Of a stretch of 64,000 bases of DNA, positions 37,808 through 53,738 are shown piece by piece; positions within the stretch are counted from its first letter, which is position 1; each line of letters opens with the position of its first letter. This DNA is from Balanoglossus misakiensis (Eukaryota; Animalia; Hemichordata). The stretch covers positions 13,023,129-13,087,128 of the forward strand of contig CM082576.2 in assembly GCA_040954595.2 (NCBI GenBank), given 5' to 3'. The notes below the pieces were generated by a model. That model saw only the letters and a program-made list of their open reading frames with translations, made no database searches and was not told the DNA's origin. Position numbers and translations under genes: made by a program.

Positions 37808-40800
37808 TTATGGACCGTACAGGTCTGACGTGTCCACGATCATTTTGACGAACAGCGTGTCATTCTTGACGTAAGCGGGCGTTTCCAGGACTGACTGCGA
37901 CACAAAGAGCGGGCAGCCGGAGGCAATGTTCATGTCACTGCTTGGACGCTTGAAGCTGCTGCTTGTTGGATCCGGTTTGAAGGTGTCCGATAAATTGCGA
38001 CGCCCGGTGTCTTGATCCAAGAGTATCAGGGTCACCTGGGAGAGAGAGCATGATGAGACCATTGTAAGTGCATCTTACATTTGATGAAACAAGGCAGGGT
38101 ATTTGTTGTAATACCAAAATTGGTGGAGAACGGTGGAATAAAAATCAAGGGGGGAATACAGTGTAAGGTTGCTTTCAGGGATCGTCATTTCAAAGGCATT
38201 CAAAAAAGTACATGTAAAGATTTTAAAGAGATGTTACTTTTAATGGTAGAGTTTATATTGCAAAATGTGGTAAAATGTTGCATGTAACTGGTTGCGATTA
38301 CCATAATGAACAATCTATGAATGGGTCTCCTGTCATAAAACACTGTACTGTATTAAGTAAGGCTTAATGTTTGAGCAAAAAGCACAACACCACAACATCT
38401 CTATGCAAATTTGGAGGCTCAAATTCTGTCAAAAAATTGGGACATGCAAACCTCTGATACAAACTCTTGCCCTGCAGTCTTGAATCTTACCTTCTGCCTG
38501 AAGGGCCAGTCCAACAAGGCATCGTAATCTCCCCGCATGACCACAAAGAACAGCGACATGTGGGTGTTTTTACCCATACCGTCACCGTTCAGGTAGACCC
38601 TGGCACACATCTTGTAGCCGTACCGACTGGTGTAGAACGGCTGGCTGTACAGCGACAGAGTCTTGCCCACCACCGCTTCGTGTTTGCGCCGGGTGTAGTC
38701 TTTGATCTTCCATATCAGAATCCCGTCGTAGCACGCCGTCTCTAAGATTTGAAATTTGATGTCCTGCTCCGCCAGTCGGATATCGTGCATGCCGAGTTGA
38801 GTTCCGATCTGAGATAAGGTCTTCCTTATTTCCTCTGCAAATACAATGAAAGGATTTCCATCTTCCCGTAGCAAGAAAAGCATATCAGGCAGATTACCTG
38901 GTAAAACTATACTTAGGACTGTGAGTAATGTGTAGACACTCGGCACTATAGTACTGACAGTGCAAAATTTGTAAGTTTGGTTGTTGTTTTCATTGACAGG
39001 GGGAGATACATGAGATAGAAAATCCTGTTAACTTTGCAGAAGGCAGGACACAAACTTTGACAATTAAGTTATTGTAACAATTTTTGCCCCTAAACAAATA
39101 TCAATTTCGAATCTATTTTTTTACCTATATCAGCTGCATGGACACCACCAGTTGTTCTCACCCGAAGTCTTTCAGATTCCATGGTATCAACCCTGCCGTC
39201 CAATCTACGACAGGTTTCTTGGACTGCCATGGACAGCCTCTTACACTCTTCAATGTCATCTTTTTTGGCTTTTTGGGTCAAGTCATGTTCAATCTTCATC
39301 ATTCTATCGTTCATGGAGGCAACGCTTTTCTGTGAGGAGAAATTTCAAAAGGTGGATAGGTAATGATTTTTGACAAAGTCTACGAAGATACATGTATTAT
39401 ATACATGTTCTGAGCACTTTGGCTGATGCTTTCCAAAGTAGAAATAAAAAAACATGCATGCCCCAATGCGAGTATATAGCCAACAATTCTTTACAAAGTT
39501 CTGTTCACCGTTGCATTTGGTTATTACACATACATGTAGAGCTCCGCATTCAATATCACAAATGTCCAAAAATTATTTGTGACATTGCCGCCACATTCAT
39601 TTATTAAACCATTTCTTGTCACAGTCAGCAGACCAGACATGCACTCACATGTGAATCTCGGACTTTATCTTCCGTTTTGCCACTCTGAATCTCCAATGTT
39701 TTCACTTTTTCTTCAAGATGCTCCACTCTCTGTTTGGCTTCGTCCAACTCCTCGGCCTGCTGTCGGTTTTTGCTTTCCATGACACTCCGCTGGTTTTCCA
39801 GTTCAGTGCAACGCCGGTCGACTTGCGACAGCCTCAGTTCAAGTCTGGAGTGGCTCTCCGTGACAAGTACGAGGTGATCACTTGTTGACTGGGAGACGTG
39901 TTTCTGGAGCTCAGTGAAGGAACCCTAGCAGGAAATGAAATGATGTCAGTAATATTACTCTTTGCATGCAGTGGGAGCAGAACAAGCATCCAAACAAAGG
40001 GTCTCCAACAGTGACATAAAACAAAATTTACACACTGTCAATTTGAAACAAGACAACAAAAGTGAACCAAAATATGTCAAGTATTAAAATGTGTAGGTTG
40101 CCGGATTGTGTGTGTCTGTTGTTGTTGTTTGTAGTCATTTTATACAACTACAAACTTTGTAAATTTGTGTACAAAAGCTCTCCCTAATGCCCAGTTACAA
40201 TACTGGGCACATTGCGTGTTTGACAACTGGGTCTTTCTAATAAATCAGTCATCTGTAGAGTTCCTTTGTGCAATGGCGGATTACAAACAACTACGCATTA
40301 CACTTCTTTTATCCATTCTCTTTGTTGCATGTCCACCATTTTTTAACTTTGGCCAAACAACTTAAAATAGCGAATTTCGAACTTGAAGTCATGAATCATC
40401 ACCTGATTTCCTCAAAATAACTTGTGAACCAGGAAAAAATACGCCAACAGTTTCACTTTTGTCCGCCAGTCTGTTTCGTCATACTTTTAAGCGTCATTCG
40501 TTTGTTTGTTTGTTTGTTTACTATTTACATTCAAACCTTTTCGTTCCATTCTAGCATTTTTTTCAGACAGGTCACACAATTTTTGAACTTGCATAATTTT
40601 GGTGACAGGTGGAATTGAAAAGAAAAAAAGTCAACATACAACAATTCATATTGTAATTGCAGCTAAAGTTATTGTACTAAATTTGACCTTTCCTCTGTGT
40701 GTGAAAGGTCAGCAGTTCCACTGAATGACACAGAAGTTGTACCACAGAGGCTGAAGGAAGAAATGGGGCAATAAATCAATCATCAAGATGACCTTGACCT

Positions 40801-43436
40801 AGAAAGTTTTTCTATTTTCTTAAAATACTTTGCCTAAATCAAACTAGCTTAAAAGTCTTCACTTGCCACATTAGTGTTTTGGCAACGGGATCACCACCGT
40901 TTTACTGTCTGTCAGTGGTGGGTTAATCCCTGCCAAAGCTTGCATTCTAACTTTCAACAAGAAGTGCTGTTACATAGATTTTCACACAAATTCCAACTTC
41001 CAACACTTACCCTAAACTCACACCCATATTCATTGAAATGGCAGGTACTTCGCTGCATGGGACATTTTTCAAGATGCTGATCCAACTGTGTGTGTGTGAG
41101 AAAGGACAGTTCAAGTTATTTCTGGTCACATTCATCCATTGCATGTCTACACGCTCAGCCATTATAAGGCTGTTTTCATTTTGAAAATGTTGGGTAGAAA
41201 ATTGGTTTCCAATCTAAATTTGGCTTGATGACTCTAAACTTTTCAAAGCCAACCGTACTGCAAAAGCCACTATAAATCACACTCTCACTCAATATATATA
41301 TATATATATTAATACTAAAATGATATTGTCTTCAGAGATGATTTGAAAGAACTAATAATTCATACCCACTCTTCTAAAATGGATCAAATAAAACATCTTG
41401 AAACTTAAGTTGATAGTAGGTGGTTTATATTGGATCAGATAAAATTGATTTGTTCTTCCTTGAGTAAAAAATGGCTTGGTCTCAGCTCTGTCTTGGAGAA
41501 ACTATGTTCAAATGACCGTTGTATCATTGAGCAAGGGCCGGGATATCATTCATGACATTCAATGTGACCACAGAGGGCGCCATTCATCATGCTGGACCAT
41601 TAGAAACAAAATCCATGCGGTACCTTACCAGGTTTTTAACAAAATATGTAATAAAAATAAGATATTGTGGAAGGATGATAGCACAAATCGTATAATGTAT
41701 CTTATAATCAACCTGCAAGCCTTTAGAAGTAATAAGGCTACTGAAACACGAATAATCTTGAATTTACTTCGCCATATGAATCTAATGAAAATAAATTTTT
41801 GTCTATTCTTCGGCTCAGGGCCACTGTTCATTTCTTATTAGGATTTGTCATCATTTGAACTTACCTCCTGTCTTGCTAAATCTTTAACTCCACAATCATT
41901 CGGACATGCAACTGGGGCTGCGTCGCACTTTTCTATATGGTGCTATGGAAGATAATAAAAATGTCACTTGAATACTGATGTTTGAAGTCTGTACCTGTTG
42001 TTCATAACTGCTCTACCCAAACAACGACAATCGTCTCCCCTCCGACAGGAATACTTACTTTCAGATCTTCGTAACTCATCGACTCCTGACAGTATTCACA
42101 CGTAACTTGTCTGTACTGACATTCCGAGCTCAAATGGTCGGCGAGATGTCGTCTTTCCATCTGGACAGAGCATCCTCTGTTTTTATGCATGCAGTCGATG
42201 AGAGCGAACTCGCATTCCTGCAAGTGTTTGTCGAGTTGTTTCAATTTCAGAGTCACAGAGCAACCTTTGTCCCTGTTGTAACAGTACACTGTAGACTTTT
42301 CAATGTCTCTGCGTGCAGCATGGTCACGGGAGAATCCCTCGCTTATGGGTTCTTTGCAGTCTTCCACGCAACAAACTGGATTTTCAGAGTCACTGAAGAA
42401 ACCAAGAAAAATAGTCTATGATTAGAATAATACATCAGGTGGACAGTCTCGAGCTGGAATTCTGCATGCAAGTCACACTCAGTGTTTTGTGCACTCAAAG
42501 TCTCTATGTGATTGGCTACTGGAACACTATTTTGTATAATGCGAAGCAAACTGTTCCACCATTCTGCACAGACAAATTGTTTATTTCTTGTGTTTGCATA
42601 TCAATGTCCGGAATAATAAAAATAGTACAACATGATACTTCTGCAGCATCATGATTCAGTTAGGCTGGTGCTCCCTGACCATAATATTGACTATCTCTCT
42701 CACCTTCAGCCTGGTTGTAGCATTATCATGAGTGTGGTCAGAGAGAACAAGCCTTACATTTATCTCAATTGTATTTCCCTCACCATCACATAATCCACAG
42801 ATTTCATAAGATGTGGAAACTGTTGAGGCATAAATGCGGCATATGCTAATTTCTTTATGCTAATTTTGTGACAAAATTAGCATATCGCCCCACCATACAG
42901 CTGCGTTTCCACAGCTAAGATATCATGTGCCCTGTCATGACTGAACTGATGGCCAATGAACAGATAAGACCGTTAACTGGGAATGTTACACACCACAAAA
43001 AAAAAAAAAAAACTTTTTTATAGTCATCAGTTTATAACTCAAGTTTCCTCAAGGTAGTTTACTGTCCTCATAGCTGAGCAAGATTTGAGGGTTGAAAGCC
43101 ATGCTACAAAATCACCACACAGATTAACAACGTGAAAAAATGTTAATGTGTTTCACTTATATTTATTAGGGAAAACCACAAAGATAATACTCATGTATCA
43201 TTTTAATGAACACAGGGTACTTTATACCTCACGATTTGTTTGATGCAGAACTGACAATATCGGTGTCCACATTCCAGTTGATGGGGTGACCGGACAACCT
43301 TCTTACAGTAGCGGCAAATATAATTTCTGGCAGGTTGTTCAACAAATATTTCTAGGGGATATCCGTCATCACTGAGAGAATCTACCGATGTGCCTGATAG
43401 GAGTAAGCTCGGTGTGCTTTCTGAAAGTGCTGCCAT
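37808..43436 (-). CDS. TRAF3: TNF receptor-associated factor 3-like (RING, zinc fingers, coiled coil, MATH), about 582 aa
   Basis: Exons 43436-43228, 42392-42059, 41942-41865, 41085-41011, 39924-39649, 39329-39125, 38834-38491 and 38035-37808 total 1749 nt in frame. RING: CRYC...CGHRYCQFC. MATH: YDGILIWKIKDYTRRKHEAVVGKTLSLYSQPFYTSRYGYKMCARVYLNGDGMGKNTHMSLFFVVMRG...FKPDPTSSSFKRP..MNIASGCPLFV...IVDTSDL, closest to TRAF3 as I recall it. Confidence 0.92.
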
Positions 43437-44055
43437 TTAATATCCTGTAACAGGGGAAAAATACAAAATTAGACGGCTTATTTTTGTTGTATTTTATTTC
43501 TATTTTCTGCATGAGTTAATAAAGATAGATTACTTTTAAAAAGAAGTGAGGATTAACAATTAATCCTTTTTAATTCTATGAGAAAAACAATTAAAAGCAT
43601 CACTTTTCTCTCGGATTTAATTCCACTGTTTTGATGTATCAAAATTAAAAACCAGTGAAAAGTTCAGGCTTTTACAGTTCAAAAGGTCCTATCCCTCAAC
43701 CTGGTTCTTGCATTACAATATGCATACCTCTTTACTGCTTATTTTAACTAAAAACTGTCTTTTTAATGTTACATTTCTATTTATGTTAATGGCGGACATC
43801 TCACCCATTAGCAGTGCCTTGTAGATATGGCTGTGGTAAAAGTCAAGTGTTGTAACAGGATCGAGGAAACGCTGCAAGTTCGTGCAAAGTGTGCAGGACA
43901 CTCGAACACCTGTCTTTACATATCATGTTTGACATGTCCAATAGATATTGAAACTCCCAACTAGACATCATCAGTGTCACACACGGTACCACACGAGTGA
44001 GTCTGACACGACAGTCCGAGCGTAGTTGGAAAACTAACTGCGCACTCAGGGCCAG

Positions 44056-44065
44056 GGGGATCCCC
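44056..44065. promoter_or_regulatory. Palindromic kB site (GGGGATCCCC) in the CpG-rich 5' region of TRAF3
   Basis: Perfect palindrome, next to an ETS-like ACTTCCGGT (about 44089). A candidate non-coding first-exon donor CGG|GTAAGT lies at 44702 on the minus strand. Confidence 0.5.
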
Positions 44066-45553
44066 TACACGTCACGAAACCTGTCACGACTTCCGGTGCG
44101 CGCGCATGAAGGGTCAAAGGTAAAATATAACCGTCGCCAACCCACATGGCTGATGGTTGCTGCAGTTTTGTAGCCCCTTGACGATTTTTCACCTCCCCGT
44201 CCAACACTTTGTCGCAAGCCACAGCATTTGGTTAGAATTCAATGAGTGTCCACCATGCACCAGGAAAGTTTTAAACGCTTGCAATGGTGTGCTACAAATG
44301 TGTAGTGGACTACTGTAGGTAGATACATTCATTCATTCATTCATTCATTGTTCCCATCAAACAATGATACGAGAACCGTACTGCAGCTGTAGTGCTAGTC
44401 TTGCTCCAAGACTGTGTGATACTGAAAATGAAATGCGCGTCTGCGTTACGTATAGAACGTCCTGTGGACGCGTCGTACGAAAGTTCCATTCATTATCGAC
44501 AGGCACAGCGACTGCCATAGAGTCTACTGTAGTGCTAGTACCACCGTGCACCGCTCTACAATATTGTACAACTATGCTTACAACTTCAATACAACTACAG
44601 AGAAAATGAAAGGATAGCATGGTGTTATGAAATAATGGCATTGTAACAACTTCCTCTGCTTCTGTCCTCAAGAAGAACCCCCAGACTGAAAATCTACTTA
44701 CCCGACACACTTTCCCCACAAATGTTCCTGCAACAATATTATAAAATTCAAATCTCGCGCTTGAGGGAATACTTGAGGGCGCTCAATGGAGAGAAGCGCC
44801 CTCAAACGACGATTTATATTTAGGGTTACGTTTGTTTTTATATAACAGCCGTTAGGGGACCGGGGACATGGTTTTTCAGGAATGACTACTTGACAAGTTA
44901 TTGCGTTTCAAGGCCTAGGACCCATGTACAAGGAGAATATCCAGTTCTCAAATAAAGCAATCCATCGTACAAATACAAAAATAGATGATACAGTCATAAA
45001 AAATACACATACGTAGTGAAACTGTTCAATCATTCAAAGAGTGGCAAATGGCTGCTGTTCTCATAGCGATGGCTTTGTAAATATACCCTTACAAATATTT
45101 AATAGCAGATGTGCCTTTAAATTTCGTAAGCCTTTTTAGTTATGTCATATTATGGATCAAGAAAAGTCCCCTTTTGGTCAAAACTTCATTCTAATACTGT
45201 CATAAATTGAACAAATTAACAAAAAGTGGTATTTACCCTCAACGTCGCGAGAGTTACAGATATTGCAACCTGAAACATTACGATTCGGATCAATTCCTTG
45301 GTGATGTCCCTCTCATCTATCGCTAGGGGGAGGGACGAGCATCTAAAGCGAGCAGGTGATTGATTAAATTTTACATTTGTACAAAAGTTGAAAGTTAAAC
45401 ACGTACTTTTCAGGTTTATAGTAACTAATACATCTCGTAAGGTATATTAAAATATCGGCAAACGTCAACATTCCCCTATGACTGCTTTATTAGGGAATTA
45501 TTTATTTGAGAATGCCAGTAGTCGTCTGCACCATTTTCTTTGAATCTTTTCAA

Positions 45554-45688
45554 TACTGTCATAATATTGGAATTCCCAGGTTTCAACACCATACAATCAT
45601 CAAACGCGAAAATTAATCCTCACGCAAGAGTTGCCTCTTTCGATATCGCGAAAATTTCCTGTCGCGAAAATAACCCGTTTAACAGTAT
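45554..45688. mobile_element. MITE copy of the CGCGAAA-rich family
   Basis: ATACTGT...TTTAACAGTAT ends. GTTGCCTCTTTCGATATCGCGAAAATTTC is the near reverse complement of sequence in the 35863 element. Confidence 0.6.
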
Positions 45689-47569
45689 TTATACGCTGGT
45701 ATTTCAAATGACGGACAACTGGCATACACCAAACTAAAAAAAAAAAAAACAGACCGATCCATGTCTGCAATACGCTGGTTATAAATCACCGAACGATGTT
45801 TCAATGCATTCAGTATAATTTGAAAGCAGTATTCATGTCCAACCAGGCCGTATTATCACTAATTATAAAAGTGCGAATTTTTTTCTTCGGAAGCAGTCTG
45901 AAAACCAATTCATGTCACCAGTGAAACCGATACCTGTAGATATTAGAACTAACTCAGTTCAAACAATATGGTTTCCAGACCACCATATGCATGCTGTTTG
46001 CTTTTTCCTGTGGGCATATACTAGTATGTTACTGCCAATGTTTGCGACTAAACATTGTAAATTTAGAACGAAAAGTTTTCCAAAAATCAGTCTAACATTC
46101 TGCAGTGTAATATCCCGATTGTTGGTGATATGCCATACGTACAATATTGATTACATACATGTATGCACCCATTATTTCCATATTAAACATTAATTTATAA
46201 CATTAAATTTTGACTGCTTTTTTGCAACAAGAAATGATGTTAATAAAATGCCCAATTTTCAAGGTTTTTAATCCCACACATAACAACAATCTCGTGGAGC
46301 CTGAGCCGAGACAGTATATCCCGGCTGAACTCGGAATGTACACAGTACAGTACATAGACTGTCGATGTGCAGGTTAGAACATCGCAACCAGTAATACATT
46401 TTATATCGCAGTGCAGTTCAATTAAATTCAGTTACGTCCATTTACCGCATTTCTTTGTATGATTTGAGCGTCATTTATACATGTATATGATAATGAGCAA
46501 AGACATCGCGTCGTTGGGCGTTTACCCATCCAATCACAAATGTCGCTGAACGAATAAAGGGTGTGTTAAGGTGTGGATAAAACTATCGGAAGTGCGATTT
46601 TTTTTTGTTTTATATGTGAACGACGGCACATACGAAATAGGCCTATCAGACTGTACGTAGACACACCTAGTTACAGCAGTACCTCAGATCAGAATATAAC
46701 ACCAGGCACTACCGTTACACCGATTCCCCCAAACGAGGTGTCAGCCATTGGCCACTGCACTCTTACACACATGAAACTGACATTAATGTACAACATATGA
46801 TTTTTACCTTCTCTTGCTGCGAGATTGGAAATTAGTACAGTCTGGAATGAACACCAACATCGGCATCACGAGCGTACGTACAGTTGATGACAAGGGGAAT
46901 TCCCGTATAAATTGAGACAGATTTAGAATACATTAAATGCTCTGTTTTTGTTTTGGTGCATTTCATCATGTTGTTTGTAAAAAAAAATCCCACCCACAAT
47001 TACTATCAGATGGAATTAATATTACTATGTAAATGTATCTTTACTTGATTTGATTGTAAACAATTTTAATATATGTGTCTATGTTTCAATAAGCTTACCA
47101 CCGTTTTTTAGTAGTACAGGATTTATGAGGGGAAAGTCTCTCATTGAGTATAACATTTTAGGATGAACAATGTTGAATGCCTGGTAAGCGTAAAGGGACG
47201 AAGCCGTCGTTTTTTGACCTTTTTGTGATATCAAGAATACTACTTGCATATAAACGTCACTCTCTGTGCAATATAATGTCAGTACTTAACCTAAAAAACT
47301 CAGAAATTACCCCTTTGCTGCATGAAAAGTGGCGATTGTGTGTATGATATTTAGATGAAATGAATTACTTGTATCAAAGTCTGTTTCCTTTCACAAATAA
47401 ACATTGCCACAGCAGTGTACATGACAGTTAGGGAGTCGTGTTGTGGATACTCTTGCATGACAGCGGTTCACAGGATACCCATTTTGAAAAACATTTCGGC
47501 TTGAGTTTTTCTTCATGGTAACATTTCAAAACTGGAACATGGAACATGCCTATCAAGTGTTATGGCAAG

Positions 47570-47975
47570 CTGTTTCAGAGAAAACGATTTTTAACCCCAA
47601 AATTACCCCACAATTTCAAATATGTGACAATTTGAACAAAACTAACTTAGGTCACCAATAGGAAGGTCCAAACAAAATTTTAAAGAAATCTACCTATTGT
47701 GTTTTAGAGATTTTTTACCAAAAAATGTGAAAAAGTATAAAAAAACAATTTGCCCAGTAGTTATTGAATTTTTGAGTATTGACCAATTTCACATTTTCCC
47801 AGCTCATTTGCATATTTTTTGCAATGCCAAATCATATGAACAAAATCTCATCAATAGCCTGGCCTTCATCTACACACCATATATCAAGGTAACACTTGCC
47901 GTTTTCAAGTTTTTGATGTGGACATGTATGCATGCATACATACATACATAATACAACACACATCCATCCATAATC
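47570..47975. mobile_element. Degraded Helentron/DINE-like non-autonomous remnant
   Basis: Motifs resemble those in 57036-58295 (CTTAGGTCACC, AAAATTTTAAAGAAATC...GTTTTAGAGATTTTT), followed by a (CATA)n microsatellite. Confidence 0.35.
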
Positions 47976-48207
47976 ACCAGCAATATGAATAGATAAACTT
48001 ATTCTACTAAAAGACAAACACTTACAAAAAAAGTTGGGCATCAAATTTATTGATCAATAAAAAATGTTGACAGTAGCAGTTCAGCCCAACATTTACAGGT
48101 AGAACACTCTCCATTTCCAGGTAAAAAAAAATCATGAAGATTGCGTGAAGCGACATCTTCAAGATTATGGCTGTCTGATGCTGTGAAGAAATTCGTTGTA
48201 CTGAGCT

Positions 48208-52009
<3,802 letters not shown>

Positions 52010-52845
52010 TAGTCGTCCAACAACTGCCTAAACAATACATGCAGTGCCGGTAAATTATTCTTCCTGTCTGTACGTACACATGTGCACACGTGCGTTTGCG
52101 TGTTTTGATATGAACCTTCTCCACTTCCGGTTATGTGTTTGTTTATTCGTATCTCCAATTGTGGTACAAATTTGCTGCATGTTCCCCGGTGCCTATGTTA
52201 ATGCAGGCTAACCATTCACTTTCTAAATTTCAAGTTGGTCGTGCCTCTCTTCACACAAACTCCTCGACATAGTACGACCTAAGTAAACGTCAACACCTTC
52301 GTGCAAAATACACCTCATTTCCCAGAAAGCCCTGTACCACTACGTGTCAGGGTGTTCGTCTGCTATTACATTTACTAATGTCACCCCCTGTAATGGCTTC
52401 TCGGCATTGAAAGATAAATTAATGTCCACTTCCATGGGCGGGACATATTACTGAATCTTGGTAGATTTTGAGAAAATTGTCATAATTGTTGTTGGATAAA
52501 TGGTAAAAGATAGACATAGGTGTTGGGGTCAAAATATTACAAATGCGGTGCAGACAAGGACGACAGAGGGGGTAACCGACTCTTCCGCCATGTTTGATTT
52601 CCGTGACCAATCCGTGCTGCAGTAGGCGTGTTTCTCATGCTGCACACAGTCTGACACACGGTATTGTTCATACTGTGACCTGCAGACGGCTGACACGTTC
52701 ACTTTTGAGGGGAAACCTACTCTTTCCGTCGTAAATTTATGTCCCATTTTGCAATTTTGTGGCTTGACAACGAAAATTGAGAAACCGTCTAGAGCTATCT
52801 CTAATTTAGTGGTTTCTTGTGCCGAAGTTTCTCCGGAAGAAAGAG
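52010..52845. promoter_or_regulatory. Bidirectional promoter of ENOPH1/RRBP1 with candidate non-coding first exon of RRBP1
   Basis: CpG-rich, with ETS-like CACTTCCGG (about 52122), YY1-like CCGCCATGTT (about 52585) and CCAAT (about 52607). Strong donor GAG|GTAAGT at 52845/52846 fits the acceptor at 53722 just before the ATG. Confidence 0.55.
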
Positions 52846-53738
52846 GTAAGTAGTCAAAGCATTGACACGTCACATTGCATGGTTATCAATACGAAATCAA
52901 GGTTGGAGCCTGGCTTGCAATGTGTAATCTTCGCTCGCCACATTATGCACAAAAGGAAGTCGCGACTCGCCTAGTGCAGTTTTGAGGCCGAAAGATCACA
53001 AATTGGGTTGGGCACATTATGCTCGATCCTCACAGTAGTCGACACAAATTTCTTGTTCACCGAAATCGTCCTTGGAACAGTTCCATATTTTACTAAATCA
53101 CAACCGTGTCGGTCTCCCAGCGTAAAGTCCAGAGTTTTCGTTCACGTGTTGACATTGCCGATCAGCTGGTCTGGTCGATGACCAGAGACACATTGTTCAC
53201 GCGTTCTTTGAGTGGCCAAATAGCTGGGTACTCATTGAAGAGATAAGAACTAAACGGGTGACTAGCCCTGCCAGTGCTACCCAGAAAGGTGCCACATTTT
53301 AAGTATTGGTAACGAAGAAAATGTACTACTAGTGTTGTATAGTTGTACAACTCGCATCAAATTATCCAAGCGTAAAGAAATCTTCGTACTTTTGTTGCTG
53401 CAATTGTCTTTTCTGTTTATCCTAGACGTTACACAACATGAATACCCCAGTCCATATGTAACGTCGCAATACCCACTAATAGTATCTTGGAAATTACGTG
53501 AAAGGGCGTGTGAAGTCTTGTGTCATTTCATAAGACACGGCTACACCCTATATTTAGGGCATTTTGCTTCACAGTAAAATGAATTGTTCTTTTCAGCAAA
53601 AAAAAAAACTACTGATCATACACATGATGGCTATAGTTGAAAACTTTGTACAATACTAATTACAGTTTGACCCACAAGTGTTGTTATGGAAACAATATTT
53701 TGTGCTGTTTATTTTTACATAGGTAAACATCCCCCAAA

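Noticed and set aside
44357-44719. 120-aa ORF upstream of TRAF3
   Set aside because: No motif, and it begins at a probable splice donor, so it is most likely intron 1 of TRAF3.
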